A stretch of 64,000 nucleotides of DNA. Origin: Paramecium tetraurelia (taxonomy: Eukaryota). Positions 29,510-42,231 of this stretch are shown here, piece by piece. Where the stretch lies: positions 186,001 through 250,000 of the forward strand of contig CT867991.1 in the NCBI GenBank assembly GCA_000165425.1. Reading direction: 5' to 3'. Numbering within the stretch: position 1 is the stretch's first letter; every line of letters starts with the position of its first letter. The notes beneath the pieces were generated by a model. The model worked only from the letters and a program-made list of their open reading frames with translations, did not search any database and had not been told where the DNA came from. The position numbers were made by a program, and so were the translations under genes.

Positions 29510-31375
29510 ATGGGTAATTGTGTGACAAACAGAACAAAAATCTAGACCAATCTAGAGAAACCCCAAAAGTTGTACATTCACCAAGCCTTTATGAGACACA
29601 CACTTACAAACCCAGAGTATACTTTATTATGAAAATTGCTAGATCTCGTAAGTAACTATTGCTATTTGAAGACAATTTCATTGACATGTTTGATGAAAGT
29701 CCCATTTTGGGATAAAGCATGTATTGGTTTTTATTAGGACTGCAAAACAATGAGTAGAAGGGGATCGAATACGAAACGATGCTCCATATATCAGAGGTCT
29801 TCGTTTTGGGTAAATCAGAAAATGAAATATTAAGATTACCAAACAGAGTTTCTTTAATTGTATTAATAGTCTCCCTGTTTGGTAATTTGAATGTCAAGGA
29901 TGCGATCAAACAATTTGCCTCCATGGAAATCACTTATTTGTAGACAACCAAATGTATGCAAGTGTTTATCAATATGATGTTGAGAAAGCAGAATGTGAAT
30001 GAACAGCCAATCAAATCATTTGTAGATTCAATATTCTAGAAAGTTAATGGCAACGTTCCGATCTTGCAGTTAATTAAATTTTTTGATAATTACATGGCAC
30101 AGTTAGAAGAAATTGTCGAAGATTATTATTACAATAAATTTCTCGGAGAATAGAAATTATTTCGTAATCCCCAATTGTAACATCCCTCTCACATCTTGAA
30201 TCAAGAATGGATAGCATTTATGTATTTGAGTTTCATGCACAAAGACACTAACAAATTGGAACTACTCTACTCCACCAATGTTCATGAGAGGAGCTTTGAG
30301 TTATTGTCTCATCTTCTTACTGAATGTCAAACAAGTGTATTATTCTTAATCCAGTGTGAAGAAGTTAATCGTAAGTACATCTTTGGAGCATATACAAATT
30401 TTGAATGGAAAGATGATGCTCAACCTAATGGTAGCAAAGAAGATTGCATATTTCAAATGTTCCCATAATACAAGGTTTACAAAACTAAAAATGATAAATT
30501 TACTCGATCACAATGTACTTACCTAAATTCAAAGCACTCAGAATTAAAGCAAGGCATTGGATTTGGAGGAGAATTAGCAAAGGAATTTAGGGTTTTTCTT
30601 AATTAAGATCTCCTTAATGTATAATGCAAAAATCATGATAAAACTTATGAGCCTGGAGAGTTGATGCCTCTCAAATAAGCCAAAGTATCTATCCTCGAAG
30701 TTTGGACCATTTAATAGATTTAAGGTACTACATAATTTAAAGATCTGATTTATCAAAAAATTGATGAATAAATTGAATTGGAAGAATTCGAAAACCCATT
30801 AGTTCATTTAGATGAAGATATCAGTTCCTATAGATCTGGTGATCATCCATCTCTAAATCAGTCTATTCATTAATTACAAGAGAGGGATTCATGCGATTGG
30901 GAGGGAGAAAGTTAGAATGGATTTGAAGAAGAGATCATCATAAGAGGGGATGGATTTGAAGAAGTGAAGAAAAATGAACAAGGATTCGAAGTCATTCCTT
31001 TGAATGAAGCAAGTGTATATCAATTTAAGTATATTTAATTTAGATCAATAAAAAGAGTACAAAGGTGTAAAACTAAGAAAAGGCACCATAACCTCCACAA
31101 CAGGAAGACAATCAATTTGAAGAAGTTCTGATCAAAACATCGTAATGTATGGATTCCTCTGCACTTTAAATGGTGTACAATGTCGTTTCAGGAGCCTTTG
31201 GACAGGCTGAAACAGATGATAAGTATTTGTATTATAAATCAAAAGTTGGAATGGGGATAACTCTGATTGGAAAGGTGATGGATCCACTACTGCCAAACAA
31301 AGTCGAGTTCAATTAAGTAAGGATTTGGCTACAATCACTGAGGAACTTAAGGAGTCTACCAATACCCAATATTGA
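29510..31375 (+). CDS. TLDc-domain protein with N-terminal acylation motif (MEAK7/TLDC1-like)
   Basis: Starts MGNC; TLDc motifs LELLYSTNVHERSF, YIFGAYT, CIFQMFP, GIGFGG, ILEVW; acidic C-terminal tail. Confidence 0.88.
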
Positions 31376-31426
31376 TTACATTAAATAATATATTTAATAC
31401 TAAAGTTAAAAATCAATTAATAAAAC

Positions 31427-33230
31427 TCATTTTACACAAATTTGTTTTTAATACGATATTTTATATTCTTCATATTCCTAAATCAAGAAATCCCAATTTT
31501 GGAGCTACAAATTAAGTAGATTGCTTACTTAATTGTTTGTATAGCATCTCATATTCTCTAAATAATATTGAATTTCATTAAGCAGTTTATCGGTTTCAAT
31601 TATGAATTGTTATTCATATTATTCATTGAATTTATTAAGCATGTAGACATATTGGTCTCTTTTTTCATCCACATAGAATGTGTCTTTTGGTAACATGATT
31701 TCTTTGGCATATTTCAAATCAGTAAAACATTTATTGATATCAACCTTAAGTTATTATTCTTAATTCAATCCCCATTTTTATAGATCCTCTACATTAAATA
31801 AAAATCACAATTACTTATTACAAATAATTCTTCCTTTCTTTTTTCAAGGAGGTTGAATTCATTTGAAAAGATTTAGAAAGTCTCAAAGAGATTTGACTTC
31901 AGTTCAGTTAATTGCTATCTGGAATTCTTGAATTTGACTAAGGTTATCAATAGGACATCCATGATTTATTTTGTTGACCTTAAGACAAAATCTTTTTAGG
32001 TTTGCTATCTAAATAGTGGATTCAAATTACAAAATAAGATTTGATCATACATAAGGATTTTCCAAATTCTTAAGCTTCCATATATTATGGCAGTGAATTG
32101 CACAACGATTAAATCATTTCTATTGAGTAACCCAGACTTTATTAACCTTTCTAAGTGAATTCGGCAAATTATTCCAAATATTTTTAGATGATCTCATAAT
32201 TTCCTTACTCTCCATTTAAATACATTTAATAGTCCTTGTATTTTTGATACTGAGTTTAATTGAATGAAAAAGTGAGAGTGCCAGTTTTAGATTGTTTCTA
32301 ACCCAAGTTATATTATTTTTAGAGAGTTTGTTCTTTGTAAAATTTCTATTAAAATTGCTTCGAATTTTCTTCATTCAAAAATAGCAAACTTGAAAAGACA
32401 GTTCTGATAATAGGTTTTTTGTTGTATATCTGGAGGAATACCTAAATAAAAGTAATGGGCGGACTTTACATTCAAGACTTTAATAATGTTTTATTGCTCC
32501 TTCATGATAATATCATAGTCATTGATATCGTTGTAAGGAAAGGAAGGAATCTAAATAAGAGAATAGTTTACAATATACTCTGGAAATGCAGCTGAGAGTA
32601 TGTTTCTGAATTGAATGAAATCCTGGAGTGTTCTTTTGACCTTCCATTACATTGGAAGAATTTGAATTGGGAATACAATGGTTTTTGAAAAGAAATCTAG
32701 AATGCCACCTCCTTCTTGAATGGGACTTGAATGTTATTAGAATAAAATACGGACTGATTTCAAATTAGAGATCGATGTTTTCATCTATAAAAAAATACAT
32801 TTATTTGCAAGTGATAGTCTTTTCAAATGGAATCAAGGATATTTTATCAGTCTAATGATAGGTGGTAAAATGATGTACGATTTTAATGGATTCTAAGGTT
32901 TATTTTTGGACAAAAGTATCTCGATCTATAATTTGAATTTGATCAGAAATGTCTGGAGAATCAAGTTCGACTATTTGATATGAATCTGATTATTGTTCTT
33001 TTTCTGCATAATAATTAGATTTGATACTCTCCTATTGATATTGTTGTATGATTTTCAATAACTCCTAATATGTCCATTGAGTTAGATCTTAACCTAAAGA
33101 ATAGAAAGGATTTTGAACCTTTGTTTGGTTCCTTGTGTAAAACAAAGTCTTCAAAATCATCTTGATTATAGCCCTTGCTTATGATTTCATCGACTAATAA
33201 CTATTACTCTTTTGTAAATGTTTAACTCAT
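31427..33230 (-). CDS. PX-domain (sorting nexin-like) protein with helical C-terminal region
   Basis: EGGGILDFF..FPIQILPMQWKVKRTLQDFIQFRNILSAAFPGVYIPSFP PX pattern. Confidence 0.82.
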
Positions 33231-33240
33231 AATTAATAAA

Positions 33241-34073
33241 TCAAAATCCGTATTAAATTTTCTTATCGTAGAATCTCTTATATATTTGACTATTGAACAT
33301 AATTGCCACAACGGATGCCATGAAGGGAGTACAAGTAAATACCCACAAGAATCCAAACCTACCCCATGTGCCATCCTAAATACATTCAAATAATTCCAAG
33401 CTTGAAATACTTTCATTTGAATACCTAAAAGCAAATGCTGGATTGAAGAGTGATTGTCCTTAAGATGTCAAGACTCGAGCTGCTCCAAATCCCAAAGTCA
33501 CGACTAGGGCATGCTCTAATTTGTCATCCGAGAATTTCAAGTAATCGTCCTCCTGCAATACCAATACTATCATGAACAACATGGAGCCAAATAATTCGCC
33601 TTCAACTGACTATTTACTTATTGAATATATTCTAATACGCCAATCAAATTGTCACCAATTTTGGCATCTAAATAAGGTGCATTAGTGAAATCCTACAAAA
33701 CAAAGAAGCACACCATTGCACCCAATAGACTGCCTCCGACTTAACCAATTACGTTGAATATAAATTCTTGGAATCCAATTCTTGCCATGAGTAAATCAAT
33801 GAAGCTAACAGCAGGATTGAATACAGTTAGACGATCTGTCATAAGTACACTCAAGAAGAATATGACTAAGATGGCCATATTATTGCCTGCTGATGCCAAA
33901 ATACCATAAGTAAAAATGAATGATCCAATTGTTGCAATTAGAGTTGATTTGATTATTGTTTGTTTCTCTAAATGCGTACCAGATAATTGTCCAACAGAAG
34001 GAGACGAGTCAAATCTAGTGTAAGCCGCCTAAGATTCTCCTTCCACATTCACATCACTTTCGAATCTTTGCAT
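33241..34073 (-). CDS. Aquaporin / MIP family channel
   Basis: Two NPA boxes (FNPAVS, FNPAFA), GQVGGSLLGA, EGELFGSM and six hydrophobic segments. Confidence 0.92.
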
Positions 34074-34940
34074 ATTTGTATATTATTTATAATAATTCCA
34101 TAAAAACATAAATCAATACCATCATTTAACCCACTATTTCAGTTTAATTGTCCCTAAAATAAGTTCATCAATATAGTAATAAGTAAATAGATTGATTTAG
34201 CTATCCTCAAAAATAAGGTCCATCGATTTCTTAACAAAATCCTTTACTTATTTTTTATATACAAAAAAAATATCAGAAACTAACAATAACAGATCAAATT
34301 GTATTATTCTGATAATTCGATTTAAAATAGGGACTTATACTAAAAGAAATTGATATAAATCTAACAGAATAACATAGCTAAATAGATATTTTTTGAAGAA
34401 ATATATAGTTTCACAACAATATGCATAAACACATCACACAGTATGAGCAGAATTCCTTTTAAGATGTAATTAAATTGTATGAAATACTAAATATTCATTC
34501 CTTTTGATAAGAATTTCCAGAATAATCCCATATAACCTCAATAGATGATTCTCTGCTTTAATAGAGTATTTTCATAAATTTAAAGATGATTCCAAAAATA
34601 AATTTTAGTAGATTTTGAATAGATATCAACAATCTTAATTAACATTAGAATGTAATTATTTTTGATTAAATAATCAAATAAATATCCAAGAAATAATTAT
34701 ATTTCATCAAAAAGTGAATTGATCACAATTTTCTTTAATTTAGTTGATATTTAATACTTGATATTCAACATAATCATAATAATTAAATTAATCATTGTTT
34801 TCTACATAGAACCACTAATTATAACTGCTTATGGCTTTAGTTTACAGTTCAATTATAAAAATATAATTAACCAAAAACCATTCTTCTGCATTTCTATAAA
34901 TCCTATTCATCAATATTTTATTAATTATTTTATTATTCCG

Positions 34941-36918
34941 ATGCTTTCTTATCATAATTTAGCCCAAAGTGATTATCAAAAGGAAAAGGATATTCCAGTT
35001 ACAAATCCCTTACACAAACCAAAACAAAACAGCCTTAATATCTTAACTTCTCCTGTGCCCCACCCTTTCAACACATTGCTCCCATCCAATCTGTAATCTT
35101 GATTTTCTTAGTTTCTATAGTCTATAACACCAACCACTTGATAACGATCGACAATCGTAAACATATAATCATTCTTAGATAGAGGTCCAATCTCTCCCAA
35201 AAAGACCAATCCTATAGCTACATCCCAATCTTAACCAATCCTCATGAGCAAATGCTGTTAGAGTAATAGCAACATCTGATGGATCAAGGTGAAGATTTAA
35301 AGTAATAAATCATTCCACTTATATTTAGATCCCAAAACAAGAAACTGGTGTTCGAAAACAATTCACTCAAAAAGCTGGTGGAGTAGCTCTCCTTAGAATT
35401 GTACATATATGTATCTAACTACTCTAGGCAGTCTTTAAGGATCCAGAAATCTTAGGAACTAGAAATGAAAGCTAAAATAGACTATTAGGAAGAAATGATT
35501 GTCAAACTTAAATCGGAAGTCAGAAGAAAAGCAGATCTTATATAAGAGAACTAATTTAAGGTAAATGAGTTGGAACGGCTGCAAAATAAATTAGAAGAAT
35601 ATTCGGGCTTAACTAAGAAATATTAAGAATAAGTCTTATAAATGTAATAACTGAAAGAATAGGCTCAAGATCTCAATAGGCAATTAATTCAATATCAAAG
35701 TACAGAAAATGAGAATCACAACCTAAAGGAATACATAGAAGCATATAAACAATAAATAAGAGACAAAGATGTTAAAATATAACAATAGAGGGAGCAATAG
35801 GAATAATTGTTTTCAGATAATAAAAAAATGAAATCCACTTTGGATGTTCTTAACTTTGAGTTTAAAAAAGCACAGGATGGTTATAATGAATCCTTGCACA
35901 GAGCGACCATTTAAAATACAGAATTGCAAGGATAATTAAGTTTACTCCAAAAAAATTTAACTAATCAAACTCATCAAATTGAATTACAAAAATAATAGGT
36001 TAAATAACTAGAACTCAAAGAAAAGGAATTATACACTACCAAAAATCAATACTTAAAATTAGACGAAAAGTTTTAAGCCTAAACACAATAGACCATTAAA
36101 TGTAATACTTATATCTTGATATTTAGAAACTAAAGAAATTGATAAACTTCATATGACCTTAAAAAACGGCAAATAAGAATACTTGAATTTACAATAAAAA
36201 TTAATGCATTTAGAATAAGAAAATAAGAGATTATCAGAATAGTCTCTGCAAATTTCCAAATCTAAAAATCAACTCGAATTATAATGCTAATAATTAGATT
36301 AAGAACTAATTAAAAAACAAGGATCCTTAGACACTCTCTAATTGAAATAAATGGAATTGAAATCCAATTTTGAAAAGTGTTAAGGATAGGTATAAGGATT
36401 AGAAAACGAGCTCAAAAAGAAAGAGACAATTATACTCAATTTGGAATAATAACTTTAAACGTAAAAAGGATAACTAGAATAAATTACACATATTGATACA
36501 TAAAACAAAAGTGAAATTAATCATAATTTTGCAAAAATGAAGGAAATGCACAATGATCTTATTTTGTATGAAAAATAAGTAAAGTAAATCAATTCAGGTA
36601 ATAATAATCTTATGATTTAAAGAAAATTATTAACTCAAATAATAAAATTAGATCATAATTGAGAGAAATGCCTAATAAGAAAACGAAATGAAAAAGATGA
36701 GAGTAATTTATCATATTTTAATTTAGGAATAAATAATGCATTAGGATAATCGTATAAGATATTTAGAAAATGAAATCCATAACTAATCTTTTTAATAAAA
36801 ATTGACTACAGCTAGACCTATTTAATCTTAAGAAAAAGGATTTCCAAATCAATATCCTTCTTCTCAACAAAATACCCTTCAAGGATCCTTTAATAATCAA
36901 TTCAATTAATATAAATGA
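34941..36918 (+). CDS. Coiled-coil protein with Pro/Ser-rich N-terminus
   Basis: MLSYHNLAQSDYQKEK start, long Q/E/K heptad region, several short introns, TGA at 36916-36918. Confidence 0.75.
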
Positions 36919-37344
36919 TTATCTAGAAATTTTAGGTTAATATAAATTAATTTATAACCTTTCTAACATTTATATTTCTCATAATAATATTTCTTATGAG
37001 TTACATTTCTTTTATTATGATGGTGTATGAATTATTAGTAAAAGTAAATGCTCATCAATTTAAATCTATAACAAAATTATAGTGATTTCATTTAAGAAAA
37101 TAAATGAATAATTTAAATCTATCGATCTGTAATATGGATATCATATTGTAAGCATTTAGCAACCTACCTTCTATTATTGTAACTTGTTGTTTACAATTAG
37201 TTATAGAAAGATGAAAATTCTGAATTGAATGAAATTCAGGCTCAGAATCAATTAGATTATATTTTAAAGGTTTTAGTAAATTAATTTAATATTATAAATT
37301 GCTCTAATATAAATTATTATTATTCGTATTTGTTTAATAAAATA

Positions 37345-37731
37345 ATGGCAGACTTTTGGAAACCTACAGCTGATTTATATAGTGCTCTATTTGAAAAGCC
37401 AAAAATGTCATAGAAGTTACTTGAAAGACCACCTTTTAAATACATATTTGATATTATAATGGAGACAACCAAATAAACAGGTTTCAAATTTAAATTTCCT
37501 TTAGGTTATGCAAAAGGACTTTATACAACTGATGAATTAGATGGGAATTCGTACGATAATAAAGATAAAAAGCTTATGTTCCTATAAAAGATAATAGATT
37601 TGACATCCATGATGTTAAAAGAGGAAATCGCTGCTAAACCTGGTAAAATAGCTGCAGGTTTAGAACCAGAGAATACAAATCTTTTACTGTAAGCTATTTA
37701 TAGAGCAGCTGTAAGTGGTAAAAATAGTGAT
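37345..37731 (+). repeat. Direct repeat copy 1 (387 bp) of the IFT54 5' region
   Basis: 4 mismatches to 39573-39959 by manual alignment; intron identical. Confidence 0.95.
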
Positions 37732-37915
37732 TCTTATGTAGAAGATGTACTTTTAAATATTTAGGATTTAGGTACTTGCAATAATAGGGGCAAATCCAAA
37801 AGATTAATAATTTTAAGCTCAAGGAATTTATGATAAAAAACCTTAGTAAACATAAAGTCAATAAATTCAAGAATTTTAAAATGAACTAAATTTTAAAAAA
37901 GGAGATGATTTTTGA
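37345..37915 (+). CDS. Truncated IFT54/TRAF3IP1 paralog (N-terminal CH-like domain only, about 173 aa); may be a pseudogene
   Basis: First 387 bp nearly identical to 39573-39959; introns 37481-37504 and 37747-37771; TGA at 37913-37915. Confidence 0.65.
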
Positions 37916-39572
37916 CTTTGAATAATAAATTTAGGCATTGAAAATGTAATTACAATAAACAGCTTAAAATACTTAAAATTATGTTTATAAAGTCTAAGAT
38001 CCCATTATTTATATATAACTATTTCATTTTTTTCAATATTGATAATCATTCAGTTGTTTTTAATCTTTCCCTAAATCAATAAAATTATATAATAAAATAA
38101 AATTCGATTAAATAGATACTTGATATTAAAATTAATAGCTATTATTATTTTAAAAGAATGTATAAATAATTGAATTAATAAGTTGAAATCAAAATAAGAT
38201 TTGATAGCCTACCCTCGATATAAGCAATCTCAAGACAAAGTCTAAACCGAATTAAAAAAATCTTTAACCACTCAGAACTTCCATAAATTCCTTTTCGATC
38301 AATTTTTGAATCTACTGGATAATAAAAAAAATTAACAATAGACAACTTCGGCCAAGTAGCTGAATAAAAATAAATAATTTCTACTACTAGAAAATCTCTT
38401 AAATTATCAAAATATTAATCTCCTTCATACTTTTCAAGAAAAATGCAATTTAGAAAATAATTCCTTAATTAATTTAAATTTGGAAGTAGTTAATCAAATA
38501 AAGGAAATTCCTTTCAAAGATACTACTTTATTTTAGATAATTAATAAAATAAGTCAAAAAATGAATTAGTTACATGAGTATAGGAGTGAAAAGGCAATTC
38601 TTTCAGCAGCTGATAAATTAATTAAATCTCACATACGTATTTAAGAAATAGAATTGATTTTCAAAAATTGTAAACTAAAAGTTTGGTAATCTGTAGATAC
38701 AATTTTTGTTCGAATATACTGGTAAGTTAAAAATTATATTAATTTTAGTCCTAAAATGTAAAAGAAGCAAAAAAATTATGAATATTTTTTATAGGATTGT
38801 ATTAATAGAGAATTGCCCTTTCATAAATTCTTAATTTTGCTTCAAAACAATTAAATTAATTTAAAAAAATAAAAATAAACCAGATTAATTCTTCTTACAA
38901 GTTCTTTATGACTTTTTAGACAAATTAGAAGATCTATTTAAAAAATTATGTGATGATTCTTACCGTTTGTTAGAATAAACTATAATAAATTTAAAATAAA
39001 AATTACTAAGTATTATTTCATAACAATTCTTAAGATAAGGAAGTTGAGGTGATGGAACAATTTTCAAAATTAAGTAAAAAAGAGAGTTATAACCAATATT
39101 GATGGAGAGTACAATGATGAAATAATTGACTGAATTTGAAGATAGATTTTGAATGTTCAAATAAATAGAAAATAGTAATAGGTTTATTCAAACAGAATAA
39201 ACGATTTAGTTTATGATATTAAAACTGTAAATCTAGTTTGAGTTTAATAAATAAGGGGTTTTGTAACTAATCATTAGTAAGATATACTCTAAATTATAGC
39301 AATTCTTCCAATAATATAAAAATATTTGAATGCTATTTCCTCATAGAACCATTTATTACAATAGCATTTTCTTGTTATTAATTCATTATAATTATTTGAA
39401 AAAATAATTATTTATATTAATTGTCTGTCATTATTCGACTATTAAGTAATGACTTAATTTTTATCCTTTCATATGTAATCAAGAATACTCATGGTAGTAG
39501 TATTAGTGATTTCAAAATTTAAATAATAAAACATGAATATTGAATTATTATTTGTTTTTTTTTAATAAAATA

Positions 39573-41016
39573 ATGGCAGACTTTTGGAAACCTACAGCTG
39601 ATTTATATAGTGCTCTATTTGAAAAGCCAAAAATGTCATAGAAGTTACTTGAAAAACCGCCTTTTAAATACATATTTGATATTATAATGGAGACAACCAA
39701 ATAAACAGGTTTCAAATTTAAATTTCCTTTAGGTTATGCAAAAGGACTTTATACAACTGATGAATTAGATGGGAATTCGTATGATAATAAAGACAAAAAG
39801 CTTATGTTCCTATAAAAGATAATAGATTTGACATCCATGATGTTAAAAGAGGAAATCGCTGCTAAACCTGGTAAAATAGCTGCAGGTTTAGAACCAGAGA
39901 ATACAAATCTTTTACTGTAAGCTATTTATAGAGCAGCTGTAAGTGGTAAAAATAGTGATCCTTTTGTTAAGAAAGTACATAGAGTTTAATAATTAATATT
40001 TAGATTTTAGGAGGAGCAGGAGCCAAAGAGCCTGAACCTTAAAAAAAAGAACAGCCTAAACCAGAACCAAAAGCTTAATAGCCTCCTCCAAAGGAGTAAA
40101 GTGCACCATAAGTAAAGGATGAAAAAAGGCCTGATGAGAAGAAGCCAGCTCAACCTAAGGAAGATCCTAAGCCAAAATAATAAGCTCAATAACCTCCTCC
40201 TCAATAGCCTAAGGAGAATTAAAAATAACAATAAGTTCCTCCTCCATAATAATAATAATAATAAACACAAGAGGGAAATGTAAGACCTTCAACTGCCAAA
40301 AAAAGACCACCTTAATTGCCTTCAAATCAAGTTTAGGTTGAACAAAATTAAAAGAAAGGAGGAACAGCAAATGTAATTATTGAAGGGAAAGGAAATAATG
40401 ATGAAGATGATGGTATTGTAGTTCAAAGCAACGTGAGGCCAACTTCTGATATTAATGCTCAAGAATATGGTAAATTCGTTAGAGACAATATGAAAAATTA
40501 AGAGAAAGCCAAAGAGGAAGAAAAAGAGAAGGATTAACCACAGGAAGGAATTAAAATGAAGAGGATAGGAAATGTCAATTAGAGAAAAGGTTATTAGTCA
40601 AATACTATGAGTAGATAAAATCAAGGAAGAGATTGCATAAAATTTGGGAACATCACAAGTCTCTGATACAATTGTGATGCAAAAACTAATCCAATCTATG
40701 AGTTAAAATGTAAATCCTTTGGCTAAATAAATTGAATTTATTTAAGATGATATTGAGAACATGAATAGGGAATTGTAATAATGGAGAAAGATCTATAATG
40801 TTTCTAAACAAAAGATGGTTGATATGAATAGAGCAACTGAAGAGGTGAGAATAATTTATTAATAATTAGGCATAATAACCTTTATATGATAAGATAGCTG
40901 AAGTTGAGGAAGTTATAAAAGAGAAAAAATCTAAGATATAAAACATCAAAGCTTAAATTATAAAAAATAAATTACAAATCGACTAATTGCTTAAAGCAGT
41001 TTTAGTTTAAAAATGA
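39573..41016 (+). CDS. IFT54: Intraflagellar transport protein 54 (TRAF3IP1/MIP-T3)
   Basis: KPKMSQKLLEKPPFKYIFDII, KPGKIAAGLEPENTNLLLQ N-terminal domain; RPSTAKKRPP; C-terminal coil NPLAKQIEFIQDDIENMNRELQQW. Confidence 0.93.
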
Positions 41017-41069
41017 GAAAAATTTATACAAATTATAAATTAATTTTAAAATAAATCTGTTACATTTCT

Positions 41070-42194
41070 TCATGATAAAAAATAAATTCGATAATAAATA
41101 AAAAAGCTTTTCTTTTGCCTACCAATTATAAAGCAAGGATTTTTTAATTTTTTGGGATTTTGATTAATCTACTTTTGCATCCAAACCTTGAATTAATCCG
41201 AAAACTCCTGGAATTTAATTAACCAATTATCTGATAGCTTCTAACCCAATACTAGTTCAATTCTCTTGTACTCTCTGTAGATTTTTCAACATTTATATTT
41301 TTTTTGAAGATGTCAAGACCTTCATTTGTACGATATGAAATGTCTCCTTAGTGAATAAATACAATAATTTTAGATTCTCTTCAACTTCTTTATTTAATCC
41401 AGTATTTCTACTCATTTACTCTTCTCTATTTTAATCTTGCAACAATTATAATTTCCTTTTTGATTTTGCCTTTTGTGCTAAAAATGTTTCATATCGCATC
41501 AGTTAATTATGTAGATCCTCTTCTAACATCTCTCCAATAATGTCTGTCACTTAAAGACAGACATATATGTAGTTTCTATTTAAGTGATTTATGTTTCTCT
41601 ATCCAATTTATTTTTTTGGATTCTTTTACTTGGGCTAACGAAAACTTTCTTTACATTTGAGTTTTAACTTAAGAGTTTATTTCAACTTTTTTGAATCCTT
41701 CTCTGATTTAGAGCATAAATGGATTAAGTAAAAATGTTGATTGAGCTATCAAAGAATTAAAAAAAATTGTTTAGTCAATTCAGTTAAATTAAGACCAATT
41801 TATGATTATTAAATGAATTTTTTGACTAAGGTAAAATATTTGGATATTGCTTGGTTACTTATTGTTGAAAGGATATGTTAAATTTCAACAAATCCATTAT
41901 TGGTTATGTGTTATTATTTTGGTAGTTTGAGTGAGACCAATTGGAATTCATCGATAATGCATCTTTGAAACTCTTCAATTAAAATTCATTCGAATGAAAT
42001 GATTTAGTTATAAATTGTATACTCATTACTTATATTATGAGTTACCCATATAGAGTTATTTTATAATATTATTTCATATTGATTTTACAATACCTTGGGT
42101 AATTTGAACATGGAGGACAATAGTGCTTCACTATTAGATTTTTTTTTCTAAATTCCTCCATTGGAACTAGAGATTCTACTCGTTTATGTTTCAT
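41070..42194 (-). pseudogene. Probable frameshifted pseudogene of an unknown helical protein
   Basis: ATG at 42194 with coding-like blocks (EEFQRCIIDEFQLVSL, TDIIGEMLEEDL, NQIPGVFGLIQG) that I could not join into one TGA-free frame; 3' end approximate. Confidence 0.4.
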
Positions 42195-42231
42195 TAGAAA
42201 TAATTATAAAATATTATATTGATATTTAAAC

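Noticed and set aside
37910..37916. TTT-TGA-C at the end of the truncated IFT54 copy looks like a +1 shifty-stop frameshift site
   Set aside because: The +1 frame closes again at TGA 38040-38042 and further shifts would be needed; decay is the simpler explanation and such frameshifting is known from Euplotes, not Paramecium.
40007..40270. Leu-rich 87-aa minus-strand ORF resembling a membrane peptide
   Set aside because: Antisense shadow of the Q/P/K/E-rich IFT54 linker (TAA reads TTA on the other strand).
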